Below, piece after piece: positions 1 to 13,179 of a stretch of DNA of 64,000 bases (position 1 is its first letter; every line of letters starts with the position of its first letter). The stretch is from Hemiscyllium ocellatum (taxonomy: Eukaryota), in NCBI RefSeq assembly GCF_020745735.1, contig NC_083411.1, positions 35,981,263-36,045,262 on the forward strand. The letters are read 5' to 3'. The notes under the pieces were generated by a model that ran no database searches, was not told where the DNA came from, and saw only the letters and a list, made by a program, of their open reading frames with translations. Position numbers and translations under genes: made by a program.

Positions 1-2050
1 TTGGCCTCAACCGACCAAGATTTCCACAGGTTCAGCAGTCTCTAAATGAAGAACTTTCTCCTCATCTGAGTCCTAAATGCTTGACCCCCATATCCTTCAA
101 CTGTGATCCCTGGTTCTGAACTTCTTGGTCATTGGGAACATTTTCCTCTGCCAATTCTGTCTAATTCTGTTAGAATTTATACAGTTCTATGAGATTTAGT
201 GTCATTTTTCTAAATTCCAGTGAACATAGTCCTAACCAATCCAAGTATCAGCCCCGCCAATTCAGGAATCAGTCTTGTAAATTTCAATGCACTTTCTCCA
301 TAATCAGAACATCCTTCCTCAGATAAAGAGATGAGAATTGCACATAATGCTGAGGTGTGGTCTCACCAAGGCCCTGTGCAACAGCAGCAAGATGTTTCTG
401 CTCTTGTCCTTGAATCCTCTCACAATGAAGGCCAGCGTACCATTTGACTTCTTCACTGCCTGCTGCACCTGCATGACTACTTTCTGTGACGGGTGTACAA
501 AGATACCCAGGTCTCGTTGCACATCCCCATTTCCTAATCCATCTCCACTCAGGCAATAATCTGCCTTCCTCTTTAAGTGAATAACCTTACTTTTATCCAT
601 ACTATACTTCACTGGTCATGCAGTAGCCCAATCACTCAACTTGTCAAAATCACACTGAAGCATCTCAGCATCCTTCTCATGGTACACCCTCCCACCCAAT
701 TTTGTGCCAGCTATAAACTTGGAGATATTATATTTAGTTCCATCAAAATCATTAATGTATATTATGAACAGCTGGAATCCAAGCACTGATCCCTGTGGCA
801 CTTTCTTGTTTCCTGCCTGCCAACCAGTTTGTTAACAATGTCATTTCACTGTGCCTGATCCCATGTGCTTTAGTTTTTTTATGTTAAGCTCTTCAATCAA
901 AAGCCTTCTGAAAGTCCAACATTTACTGGTACTCCATTGTCAATGCTACTAATTACATTATTGAAAAGTTGCATTAGATATATCATGAATGATTTTCTTT
1001 TCATAATTCCATGCTGACTCTGTCTGGTTTTGTTATTGTTTTCCAAGTGCTCTGCTTTTAAATCTGTTCTAATGGATTCTAGTATTTTTACCTTTACCAA
1101 TGTCAGGCTAACTGGTCTATAATTCCTTATTTTCTCTCAACACCTTTTTAAATAGCTGGGTACATTGGCAACCCTCCAATTCACAGTATATGTTACAAAT
1201 CTATTGAATCTTGAAAGATACCCAGCAATGCATCAAATATTTCTAGGTCCAATTCCTTAAATACTCTGGCAGTAGATTAATGGACCATACAGATTTATTG
1301 AACTTTACTCCCATCAATTTTCTCAACACCATTTTCTTACTAATACTAATTTTCTTCAGTGTCTCCCTTGATCTTATGTTCCCACCATTTTTGCGGGATT
1401 ATCCGTGTCATCCTTTCTGAAGGCAGAATTAAAGTATGCAGTTAATTGATCTGCCATCTCTTTGACCCCATTATAACTTAGTCTGTTTTACAGTAAAGGA
1501 TTTACATTTGTCTCTTCTAATTCCTCTCTCTTCAGACACCTATCAAAGCTTTTGCAATCATTTGTATGTTCCCCAGAAGTTTACTCTCATACTCTATTTT
1601 CCCAACTTAATCAATCCCTTTAGTCCTCCTTTACTGAAATCTAAACTACTTCCAATCATCGGGTCTGGTGCTTTCCCACTCTCCTCCCCCCCCCCCCCTC
1701 AATTTGTATCCCTTCCCTTGGATCCAATATTCATGGTCTGCACACCTTTCCCCTTTTAATTTTGTGCCATTGTCAGGAATGAAAACTTGCTGTGGTTCCT
1801 CCATGAGGTCTTTAAATGTTTGCCATTGCCTATCCACCATCATCTTCACTGAATTTCTTAACTTATCATGGCAGCTTGCATCGCACACCATCAAAGTTGC
1901 CTTACCAGGATTCTAGTCTCAGAATCAACTACATCACTTTTCATCTTAATGAAGACTTCAATCATATTATGGTCACTCTTCCCCAAGCACTCTTCTTCAC
2001 ACAGAGAGATTACTAATTATTTCTTTCTCATTATAGGAATCTTACAACTT
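1..2050 (-). mobile_element. Old CR1 LINE ORF2 fragment (RT), decayed
   Basis: ORF fragments PQGSVLG..IYINDF..KFIAGTKLGG, QRDLGIFVH, LVRPHL. Many frameshifts; ends approximate. Confidence 0.9.
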
Positions 2051-3061
2051 CCAAAGGCAATGCCTCTTACACAATTGTCAATGTTCAAAATATTTTGAGC
2101 TCTGAGAGAAGGCAAAGCCTTGAGAAATTTTTCCTTGACCTCAATTTATTTTTTTAACTATCTATTATACATTCAATAATGTACTGTCCATCTCGAGCTA
2201 TCCCATTTTTAAGGCAAATCTGATGGTCCCAAAAGTACAGGAGATATTTTCTGCCAGATATCTGATAAACTGTCTATTTTGGTGACCTTCACTGCATGTT
2301 TATCCAGTTCTTTTCTAAATGAGTGAATTTGCCAGAGGATTAATTACATTTATTGCAATCTGTACACTGCATCTGCTCCTCTAGAGCAGAAGCCAAGATT
2401 TAGTTGAGAAAAGTCAAGTTATTGGACTAAGAACAGTATTTGGCTCAGAAATTATTTGGCTCTCTAGGTAGCTAAGCATGTTAGCCATCGACAGCTAAAA
2501 TATACAAACCAATACTGTTCTGGGATGAATCTTTCCTCTTCACTGAAAAAAAACTTGGCTAGTGTTTAAAGACCAATTGGCAATTCATTATAGTTAGCCT
2601 CAGTATCACATTCTAGAAGAATAGCAAACATGTTCTCATCAACTAATAGCTGTGTATGGGCCCTGGTGGAAGTGTATGAAGACATTAGATAATTGAGTTT
2701 AGTTGTGTTATCAAACATGATTGAACAATCTTTTGACACCCACCACTAAGACAATTGATTCAGATACTGGATAAACAATGTCTAGCAAAGAATCCAGAGA
2801 GGAAAGGAGAGAAAACTGGCAATGTAACCATGGTACATTTCTATAAATACTTCTTTGCAAGCTTCATTTGTAAATCTATGTCATTTCCTTTGAGGAGGCA
2901 TTTTAAAACTCCTGAAGCAGATGTCGTGTAAATTAAAAACCAAAAACACATAAGAATGTAATTTTGTTGTAATTCTGTTGAATACATTATCCTGGAAAGA
3001 CAGAGAAGACTAGTGCTTAAATTTTGCCAGTTAAGCTAAATGTCAAGTACACACTACAATT

Positions 3062-3245
3062 TCATAGAATTATAGAATCTCTACAGTGCTGAATAGATCC
3101 TCCAAAGAGTCACCCACTCAGACTCATTCCCCTACCCTATTGCTCTAAATTTACCCCTGACTAATGCATCTAACCTACACATCCCTGAATGCTATGGGCA
3201 ATTTAACATGGCCAATTCATCTAACCTGCTCATCTTTGGATTTGC
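3062..3245 (-). mobile_element. HE1/V-SINE 3' fragment
   Basis: gggcaatttaacatggccaattcatctaacctgc matches the HE1 copies at 38112 and 46299. Confidence 0.75.
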
Positions 3246-3971
3246 AGTGAATTTCTTCAAAAAAGGGCAAGTTCACTTTTACTTTGTACAATATGAATAC
3301 ATTCAACACATTGTATTCCCCATTAATTTCTCTACCGTTAAACTGAGCAAGCTTGAACCAACTTTTTAGTGGATGGAATTTTCCCTTCACTAGAAGTGAC
3401 GATATTGTGGTGAGGGAGTCAAATATTTGGGTGAGTTTTCCCAGAGAGATACTCGCCCCACTTCTCACCACCTCACTACTTAAGTTTGGGATAAGACCGT
3501 CCAGCTGGGATTTTCTTGACCTGCCACCAATTACTAGCTGAAGGTGAACAGTTAAAGGCCACTTAACAGCCTCCACTCACAAACTCCCTGAGGAAAGGGA
3601 AGAAAAGATACTGGTTTCAGTGAAAGACATGACCTGCCTGCTAGATTGGGGAAAGTGTTGTCACTTGTCTTGCCTGCGATCTCTGATCCCTCTCTTTCTG
3701 TGAACTCCCTACATGAAACACAAACTAAAATAATCTACCTTCTCACTATTGTACCCACTGAGGTGTAGGCCTTGATGAACTGTCTTTACCACTGAAGAAC
3801 TGCAGGTCTCAAAATGGTGTCAGCTTCTGGTGAGCCTGGACACATTCCTGCATCGGACTGAGATACTCAGCAAAGCTCACCAGTCAGCTCTTCACCAATT
3901 GTGTGCTAATCAGCTTGTTAGATTTTTCTTTGCAGTGGTGGCAGCAAGTTAGTTGACACCTAACACATCCA

Positions 3972-4144
3972 GGGTAAAAAATGAGGTCTGCAGATGCTGG
4001 AGATCACAGTTGAAAATGTGTTGCTGGTTAAAGCACAGCAGGTCAGGCAGCATCCCTGATGAAGGGCTTATGCCTGAAATGTCGAATTTCCTATTCCTTG
4101 GATGCTGCCTGACCTGCTGTGCTTTAACCAGCAACACATTTTCA
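3972..4144. mobile_element. Penelope-terminus-derived palindromic element (family A) with hammerhead motif
   Basis: Inverted arms gttgaaaatgtgttgctgg...ccagcaacacattttcaac. 14-bp TSD acctaacacatcca at 3958-3971 and 4145-4158. Confidence 0.9.
4053..4087 (+). ncRNA. Minimal hammerhead ribozyme motif (CpG-decayed)
   Basis: c-CTGATGA-a-GGGC-ttat-GCCT-GAAA-tGTC-g. Confidence 0.7.
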
Positions 4145-4360
4145 ACCTAACACATCCACCCTCCTACTTATGCTCAAAAAGGAAAGAGAGAGACAGTGAA
4201 TCATTCACCTAAATTCACAATATAAACCGCTCACTGTCTGTGCTGTCTCCTGTAAAGGTGACCATGTATTCCTTTGTCATTTTTTCTGCATCTGCTGCAA
4301 TGAGTAAAACATGGATTCCATAAAGTGCATAAACTTAAAACAAACTGATGGTACCTTCCA

Positions 4361-5080
4361 TCCATAAGACCATAAGACATAGGAGTGGAAGTAAGGCCAT
4401 TCGGTCCATCGAGTCCACTCCACCATTCAATCATGGCTGATGGGCATTTCAACTCCACTTATCAGCATTCTCCCCGTAGCCCTTAATTCCTTGTGACATC
4501 AAGAATTTATTAATTGAAGATTAATTGAAATGCCTTGAAGACATTTAGCGTCCTGGCCTCCACTGCACTCTGCAGCAATGAATTCCACTCTCTGGCTGAA
4601 AAAATGTCTCTGCATTTCTGTTCTGAATTGACCCCATCTAATTCTAAGGCTGTGTCCACGGGTCCTAGTCTCCTCACCTAACGGAAACAATTTCCTAGCG
4701 TCTACCCTTTCCAAGCCATATATTATCTTATAAGTTTCTATTAAATCTCCCCTTAATCTTCTAAACTCCAATGAATACAATCCCAGGATCCTCAGCTGTT
4801 CCTCGTATGTTAGACCAACCATTCCAGAGATCATCCGTGTGAATCTCCACTGGACACGCTCCAGTGCCAGTATGTCCTTCCTGAGGTGTGGGGACCAAAA
4901 CTGGACACAGTACTCCAAATGGGGCCTAACCAGAGCTTTATAAAGTCTCAGTAGAACAACATTTATATTCCAACCCTCTTGAGATAAATGACAACATTGC
5001 ATTCGCTTTCTTAATCACGGACTCAACCAGCATGTTTACCTTTAGAGAATCCTCAATTAGCACTCCCAGATCCCTTTGTA
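4361..5080 (-). mobile_element. CR1 LINE 3' fragment, 5'-truncated
   Basis: ORF 4499-5002 (LYKALVRPHLEYCVQFWSP, RLRGDLIETYKI). 3' tail repeat ccataaga at 4361. A 19-bp tandem duplication (5081-5117) sits at the truncation point. Confidence 0.93.
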
Positions 5081-5809
5081 CTAAAATACCAAAACTTCCC
5101 TAAAATACCAAAACTTTCGATGCAATTTGCCAACTCAGGTTTGGAGGTGAATGAATTATGTCCCTACTAAGAGAAAGGAGAACTTCCTCCTTTATATTAG
5201 GTCAATGTATGTCTCAAAGATTATTCTGGTCCCTCAGGCATTATTTATTCTGGTTTTGTTTTGCCACTTCCTCAAACATGCCACTTCCAAGCTGATGTGA
5301 AGTCAGGAAAGCTTGAGGTTCAGGGGTTTCTTCCTTCAACTCTTCTTGCTTTATGTCAATAAACATGAAAGCAGCAGGTATAAGTTTTGCCTTTTTGCAC
5401 CCCAAACCCAAGATTGATTTTGATTCCTGGGTATAGAAGTAAAGAAATCTGGTTAATAACTGACCACCTGTAAACTCTTTTATTAAATGTATACTACAGA
5501 ATTCAAGAAAAGTGCAATGCAGTTATATTATTAAAAAGGCAATGAAACATAAATTTAGTCTAGTTCAGTTAATTCAACTTTATTTTTGTGTCAACTAACT
5601 TTAATACTTGTACATATTGTATTCAGCATTGCTGAACAATCAGAAGTATACAACAACCAACTAAACTTTCAGTGAGGTAATATGATCACAAAATTTGGTT
5701 CTGCAAAATTCCTGATGAATAAATTTAAGAACACATAATAAAATGGTTGTTGCATTGCATCTTATATTATTGTAGATTACAAGCTATCTTCACAATCCAG
5801 CCATCAAAG

Positions 5810-6850
5810 GTGGATCTAAAAAATCCCATGGTTTGATTCAAAGTATAGCAAGAGGGTTCTCCCAGCGTGCATGCCTCATTTATTCTCAACCAGTGGCAAA
5901 GTTTCATAGTTTCGCAGTAATAAAAGCAGGAGTAGGCCATTTGGCCCATCAAGCCAGCTCCACCATTCATTAAGATCATGGCTGATCTGTCCATCATCTC
6001 AGCTCCTCCTACCTGCATTATCCTAACAGCTCTTAATTCCTATACAACACAAAATCCCATCCAACTATGTCTTGAATATATTTAATGAAACTGCCTCTCC
6101 TGCCTTGGGCCGAGAATTCCACAGATTCACTACTCTCTGGGAAAAGGAGTTCCTCCTCATCTCTTTCCTAAATCTACTCCCCCTAAACTTGAGGCCATGT
6201 CCCCTTGTCCTAGTCTCATCCACTAGAGGAAACAACTTGCCTGCCTCTATCTTACATTTGCCTTTCATAATTTTATATATTTCTAGAAGATCCCCTCTCA
6301 TTTTTCTAAATTCTAGTGAGTACAGTCCCAGGAGGCTCAACGTCTCCTCATAGGGTCAGCCCTTATCTCTGGAATAAACCTGGTGAACCTCCTCAGCACT
6401 GCCTCCAAAGCCAGTATGTCTTTTCTCAAGTAAGGAGACCAGAGCTGTGCACAATACTCCAGGTGCGGCCTCACCAAAACACCTTGTACAATTGCAGCAG
6501 AACCTCCCTGCTCTTAAATTCAATCCCTTGAGCAATGAAAGCCAATATTCTGTTTGCCTTCCTGATTACCTGTTGCTCCTGCAAATCAACTTTTAGCAAT
6601 TTATATACAAGCACTCCAGTCCCTTTGCACAACAGCATGCTGCACTCTTTCACCATTTAAATAATACCCTGACTATTTTTACTTTCAAAGTGGATAACCT
6701 TGAACCAGCAAAATTGCTCATTTAACTCATTGATGTCTGTGGGATTTTGCTGTGTTTATATTATCTGCTGTGTTTTCTACATTCTCATCCAACTCCATGC
6801 CAAACAGAACTTGCGGATTGTGAAACTAATTAGAATGTCCTAACGACACG
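5810..6850 (+). mobile_element. Decayed DeuSINE (AmnSINE1/SacSINE1-like) split by a CR1 insertion
   Basis: gtggatctaaaaaatcccatgg... (5810-5895) resumes at about 6700 with tgtctgtgggattttgctgtg...ttttctacatt, resembling the Deu domain. Confidence 0.55.
5903..6700 (-). mobile_element. CR1 LINE 3' fragment
   Basis: ORFs LGLYSLEFRKMRGDLLEIYKIM and KANRILAFIAQGIEFKSREVLLQLYK, plus a CR1 3' UTR. Confidence 0.92.
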
Positions 6851-7071
6851 TCCTAATGATAATAACTCATGTACTTTTCCCTCACATTCAGTCATTTGAT
6901 CTGTAAGCTGCTGTTGAGAGCCATTACATTTTCCTATTTGTTTTCCCTCATGCTGAGTGATATCTCACAGTCCTCCACATTAATATTTATCAAGATGTAT
7001 ACAAGGGAAGTGTGAATCTATGCCAGATTTTTCTTTCAATAAAGATTTTTTTAATCACTGTTAACTATTTA

Positions 7072-9197
7072 GTTTATCACGAGGGCAAAACGGGGACATG
7101 AGATAGCTTTGCCAAATAGAATTAAGGAGAATCCAAAGGGGTTTTACAAATATATTAAGGACAAAAGGGTAACAAAGGAGAGAATAGGGCCCCTCAAAGA
7201 TCAGAGCTGAAAATGTGTTGCGGGAAAAGCGCAGCAGGTCAGGCAGCATCCAAGGAGCAGGACAGTCGACGTTCCAGGCATGAACACTTCTTCAGGAATG
7301 GGCTCATGCCCGAAACGTCGACTCTCCTGCTCCTTGGATGCTGCCTGACCTGCTGCGCTTTTCCAGCAACACATTTTCAGCTCTGATCTCCAGCATCTGC
7401 AGTCCTCACTTTCTCCCCTCAAAGATCAGCAAAATGATCTTTATATGGAGCCACAGAAAATGGGGAAGATACTAAATGAATATTTTGCATCAGTATTTAC
7501 TGTGGAAAAGGATATGGAAGATATAGACTGTAGGGAAATAGACTGTAGGGAAATAGATGGTGACATCTTGCAAAATGTCCAGATTACAGAGGAGGAAATG
7601 CTGGATGTCTTGAAACGGGTAAAGGTGGATAAATCCCCAGGACCTGATCAGGTGTACCCGAGAACTCTGTGGGAAACTAGAGAAGTGATTGCTGGGCCTC
7701 TTGTTGAGATATTTGTATCATTGATAGTTACAGGTGAGGTGCCGTTGGACTGGAGGTTGGCAAACGTGGTGCCACTGTTTAAGAAGGGTGGTAAGGACAA
7801 GCCAGGGAACTATAGACCAGTGAGCCTGACCTCGGTGGAGGGCAAGTTGTTGGAAGGAATCCTGAGGGACAGGATGCACATGTATTTGGAAAGGCAAGGA
7901 CTGATTCGGGATAGTCAACATGACTTTCTGCGTGGGAAATCATGCCTCATAAACTTGATTGAGTTTTTTGATGAAGTAACAAAGAAGATTGATGAGGGCA
8001 GAGCAGTAGATGTGATCTATATGGACTTCAGTAAGGCGTTCGACAGGGTTCTCCATGGGAGACTGATTAGCAAGGTTAGATCTCATGGAATACAGGGAGA
8101 ACTAGCCATTTGGATACAGAACTGGCTCAAAGGTAGATGACAGAGGGTGGTGGTGGAGGGTTGTTTTTCAGACTGGAGGCCTGTGACCAGTGGAGTGCCA
8201 CAAGGATCGGTCCTGGGCCCTCTACATTTTGTCATTTACATAAATGATTTGGACGCGAGCATAAGAGGTATGGTTAGTAAGTTTGCAGGTGACACCAAAA
8301 TTGGAGGTGTAGTGGACAGCAAAGAGGATTACCTCAGATTACAACAGGATCTGGACCAGATGGGCGAATGGGCTGAGAAGTAGCAGATGGAGTTTAATTC
8401 AGATAAATGCAAGGTGCTGCATTTTGGGAAAGCAAATCTTAGCAGGACTTATAAACTTAATGGTAAGGACCTAGGGAATGTTGCTAAACAAAGAGACCTT
8501 GGAGTGCAGGTTCATAGCTCCTTGAAAGTGGAGTCACAGGTAGATCGGATAGTGAAGAAGGTGTTTGGTATGCTTTCCTTTATTGGTCAGAGTATTGAGT
8601 ACAGGAGTTGGGAGGTCATGTTGCAGCTGTGCAGGACATTGGTTAGGCCACTGTTGGCATATTGCGTGCAATTCTGGTCTCCTTCCTATCGGAAAGGTGT
8701 GAAACTTGAAAGGGTTCAGAAAAGTTTTACAAGGATGTTGCCACGGTTGGAGGATCTGAGCTACAGGGAGAGGCTGAACAGGCTGGGGCTGTTTTCCCTG
8801 GAGCATCGGAGGCTGAGGGGTGACCTTATAGAGGTTTACAAAATTATGAGGGGCATGGATAGGATAAATAGGCAAAGTCTTTTCCCTGGGGTCGGGGAGT
8901 CCAGAGCTAGAGGGCATAGGTTTAGGGTGAGAGGGGAAAGATATAAAAGAGACCTAAGGGGCAACCTTTTCACGCAGAGGATGGTACGTGTATGGAATGA
9001 GCTGCCAGAGGATGTGGTGAAGGCTGGTACAACTGCAACATTTAAGGGGCATTTGGATGGGTATATGAATAGGAAGGGTTTGGAGGGATATGGGCCAGGT
9101 GCTGGCAGGTAGGATTAGATTGGGTTGGGATATCTGGTCGGCATGGATGGGTTGGACGGAAGGGTCTGTTTCCATGCTGTGCATCTCTATGACTCTA
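7072..9197 (+). mobile_element. Young 5'-truncated CR1 LINE with nearly intact RT
   Basis: ORFs 7445-8140, 8147-8383 and 8387-9112 share one frame and are broken only by stops. Motifs PGNYRPVSLTS, YMDFSKAFD, GVPQGSVLGP, YINDL, FAGDT (catalytic D lost). Tail ctctatgactcta. 15-bp in-frame duplication IDCRE x2. Interrupted at 7205-7414. Confidence 0.96.
7205..7414. mobile_element. Palindromic family A hammerhead element inserted in CR1
   Basis: Inverted arms. 15-bp TSD cccctcaaagatcag at 7190-7204 and 7415-7429. The minus arm has a mutated core; the plus arm keeps gggctcatgccc-gaaa-cgtc but lacks CTGAAGA. Confidence 0.92.
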
Positions 9198-9909
9198 TTT
9201 GATGATGGTGTGAAGAAAGTGTATTTTATCTTCTGTATTTTTCATTTGGACCGATGTGGGAAAGAAACTATTTTATAGTCATGGACTGCAGATGTCTTAC
9301 TGCATTTCTTAAAAATCAAGTAACCTAAGACTCATTCTATGTATTGTTACACAGATGCTGTTCAAGCAGTGGTGGGAGAATGTACACACAAAGTAGAACC
9401 GACACAGATAGCTGATTGGCCCATGGATCAGTAGTGAGTTATACAAGATCAAGGCCATCTGCCCACCAACAACACGGCAAGTGAACTGCTGGGAGCTGTG
9501 AACCAGCCTGTGAGAAGTCTTCAGAAACTTAGGAGCTGTATTTGTTCTCTGCAAAAATCCATTTTAAGCCTGAAGAAAACCAGTCTAATCTTCCTTCAAC
9601 AATTACTGTAAACTGTGACTTTTAATAAATAAGCCAGAGACCTTTTATAAGTGTAAGCTAGTCACTCTGTGCCATCCTGAAAGCATCTGAAGAAGGAAGG
9701 CCAAGAAGGTCCTAGCCAAGCTTTTCCAGTACAGCCAGAACACTTGCATCCAGCTGAACGTAGAGAAAATTAACTTTTTAACTTAAGTTCTTATTTTTTT
9801 TAAACTTATGCTATGAGTAAATGGAAGGTAGTTTGTAGCTAAGGTGGCACCGTATGCAGTGACATTGTAAACTTTTCACTGTACTTCTGTATGTGGCCTA
9901 TTTCTAATT

Positions 9910-10845
9910 CTAAGGTAGGAACTGTACACACAAAGCAGGACAAATCCAATCTGCCCAATTAGTGCCTCATTAGCCTAGTCTCAATTATTAGTAAATTAAT
10001 GGAAGGTGTCATCAACAGTGCTATCAAGTAGTACTTATACCCCTTTCTGTGCTACAATTGGTTAGTGCATTTAGCTGTTAAATGAATGACTGCTGGCTCA
10101 AGACCACTCATCTCTGTTCTCATTCCATCAGTTTAAAAAAAAATCAAGCAGCATTTATTTAGCAATAACTTGCTCACTTACACTCAGTTTATGATCCACC
10201 AGAATCAGTCAGCTCCTGACTTTATCACAATCTTATTCCAAACATGGAAAAAAGAGCAGAATCCCAGAGGTGAAGTGAGAGTGACAGCCCTTGACAGGAA
10301 GATTGCATTTCAGCAAGTCTGGCATCAAGGCAATCTAGCAAAACCGGAGTCAATGGAAATTAGGGGGAAGCTCTCTGCTGGTTCGAGTCATAGCTGGCAC
10401 ATAGGAAGATGGCTGTGGAAGTCAGTCACTTCATCTCCAGGACATCTCTGTAGGTGCTCCTCACAGTAGTGTACCAGGTCAAATCATCAAACCAATTCAT
10501 TTCTAACCATACAATCAACTTCCCTCCATCATAACATCAGAGGCAGGATATTAACTGATTATTGCTCAATGTTCCACACCATTCATAATATTTGTGCCAC
10601 ACAAATGCCAAAATATGACCATCTCCAGCAAAAGAGAATATAAACGTCATCCCTTGTCGTTCAATGGCATTACTATCACTGATTTCGCCCACGACCAACA
10701 TCCCGGGGGTTACCATTGACCAGAAGTTCAACTGAACTATTCATCTTTGTACTGTTGCTATAAGAACAGTTCACAGGTTCAAAATCCTGAAGCAAGTAAC
10801 TCACTTCCAGACTCCCCAAAGTCTGACCAGCATTTACAAATGCTT
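9910..10845 (+). mobile_element. Old CR1/L2-clade LINE RT fragment
   Basis: SAPDFITILFQTW..GEVRVTALDRKIAFQQVWHQG (decayed LDIKAAFDRVWH motif). Confidence 0.75.
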
Positions 10846-11617
10846 GCAGAAGACTAACATCCCGTCTATAAAAATGAGGCTGAGCTCCGAGTTGTCTGCC
10901 ACGTCAACACACCACTGTGTTCCCATGCCAGCATGTCTGTCTCAGGCCTCCTGCAGTGTTCCAGTGAGTTTCAATGCAAGCTGCAGGAACTACACTTCAT
11001 CTTCCATTTCGGTATCTTACAGCCTTCAAGACTGAACATAAATTTAACAATTTCAGAGCATAAACACCACTTTCCAGGTCTATTAACTATCCCCACAACC
11101 ACAGGTCCTGTCATGAATTGGATTAAAATCAGCAGTGCCAATTCATTTTTAACTACATATAGTTCCTGTTATCACCTATCAAGCTTCTCTTCTTCTCTTT
11201 GCATACACCCACTGGTTGCCTAGATGATTGCACTACAACACTCAAGAAGCTTGATGCCATCCAGGTCAAATCAACTTACTTGATTGTTCACATGCAGTGC
11301 ATATTATAGTTGATACACACTGTTGCTGCTGTGCATCAGTGGTGGAGGCAGCAAGTGCTTGTGGAATCAGATGAAAAGTGGGCTGGAACTCACTGTGAAC
11401 CTTTGGAAAATGCTGACCTTCAGTTAATTGTAGAAAGTGGTTTCTAGGGAATCTTGCGTTAGGGAAAAGACTTCGGATTGTACCAGATTCTGAGGCTGGG
11501 AAAATCACAATGTTCTTCATGGCATTTAAAAGGAGTATATTCAGCTTCCACTGTCCCATTGGAAAATTTCAAAGTTACTCCTCCTGGCAAGTCCTGACTC
11601 AACTGGTAGAAAAGCTG

Positions 11618-11892
11618 TGGAGAAAGTGAGCACTGCAGATGCTGGAGACCAGAGTTGAAAAGTGTGGTGCTGGAAAAACACAGCAGGCCAGGCAGCATCC
11701 CAGGAGCAGGAGAATCGACGTTTCGGGCATAAGCCCTTATTTGAAACCAAAATCTACTTACTAGGTCTGTTATTCCAATTACAAAATGGTTAATCAATTT
11801 CTAAGGTATGCTGAGAAATTGATTCAGCATTTCTCCTGCTCCTCGGATGCTGCCTGGCCTGCTGTGTTTTTCCAGCACCACGTTTTTCAACT
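11618..11892. mobile_element. Palindromic family A element with captured genomic spacer
   Basis: Arms about 11619-11738 and 11830-11897. 15-bp TSD ctggtagaaaagctg at 11603-11617 and 11893-11907. Spacer is the reverse complement of 12721-12793. Confidence 0.92.
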
Positions 11893-13179
11893 CTGGTAGA
11901 AAAGCTGCAGCTGGTTCCCTACTTGGGCACCAGTAAAAATGCTGCCAAGATGAAATTATCATTATTAACTCCCATTTACCGTACCTAGCTGGCTTTGAGA
12001 AAATACACAAGCTTTTGTCTGGAAGTTCAGATATATTCATGGATGATGGGATATGGATGTCAGCAAGAAATCTGGGCAATTTTACTTGCTCACCTGTCCA
12101 GATTTTGCATGTTGGATAGAAATGTTTTTTGATCTCCTAAAGCAAGGCATCTATTTCAACAAGACTGTAGTGAAAATGGAATTGTTTTCTAATGATGGCT
12201 CTTGTAGTTCCTTATTTTTTCTGATCAAGTAGCTCTGCTGCTAAGGTATTGTTTCCCCAGGAGCAGGAAGACATATATTAATACACTTGCTTAACTGGTC
12301 ATAATGAGACACATTTCAAAATAGTCCTCAACTCGAACAATCCAAATGCCAAGAAATCATGGCCAAGAAATATGATTTTTTAATGATATTCATGGTCAGA
12401 ACATTGCCTAAAAACAGAAGTTCTTTTTTTTTATCATATTGTTGTCCCTCTCTCTCTCAACATCTGTTGAAGATGTAGATAAATTTTGTTGTACTTGTTC
12501 CCACAGCCAAGTTACATCTCATTCTTGTAAGAATTTTTGTGGACGCTTAGACAAATTCTGCAGCTTATGTGACTGTGCAATGTATCACAAGAAGCTCCAA
12601 ATCTTTCCCTATATGACCACTACATATCAGGCATCATAGGCACCAATGAGAAGTAAGAATCCTGGATGATGCTTCTCCAACAATGCGGAGACAGTATTTC
12701 TGCAGCTGAAATTAGCTAAATCAACATACCTTAGAAATTGATTAACCATTTTGTAATTGGAATAACAGACCTAGTAAGTAGATTTTGATTTCATACATTG
12801 AAAGAAACTAACAACATATGTGATGCTAAATGAGTTTGGAGACATAAATATTTACAACATATGTTATGCATTTTGGCAGAATTTGAGTAAGTGTTTTTAA
12901 AATAACTCTAACTCAAATAAAATCACTGAGCATAATTTGAAAAAGTTGTTTTTAGAATGTGGTAACACTTATTGTTCATTCATATTTTTCTGAGGTGATT
13001 AAGAGATAAACATAAAACCATAGTGTGGAACTAGAATCATTAGTAAACCAAAAGAGGTATAGGTAACAAATTTTCTTCCTTAAAAGGCATCAGTAGGTCA
13101 AATTGGGTTTACTGAAAGTCCAACTGGTTCCACGGTGAATTATTAACTCTGGCTCAGGAATTACAAGAGTTTGAGGGAA

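Noticed and set aside
3972-4144. Palindromic elements as classical DNA-transposon MITEs
   Set aside because: Unequal arms, variable 11-16 bp TSDs, and identity with Penelope 3' termini.
7445-9112. Active CR1 reverse transcriptase gene
   Set aside because: 5'-truncated, two in-frame stops, FADD changed to FAGD, and interrupted by an insertion.
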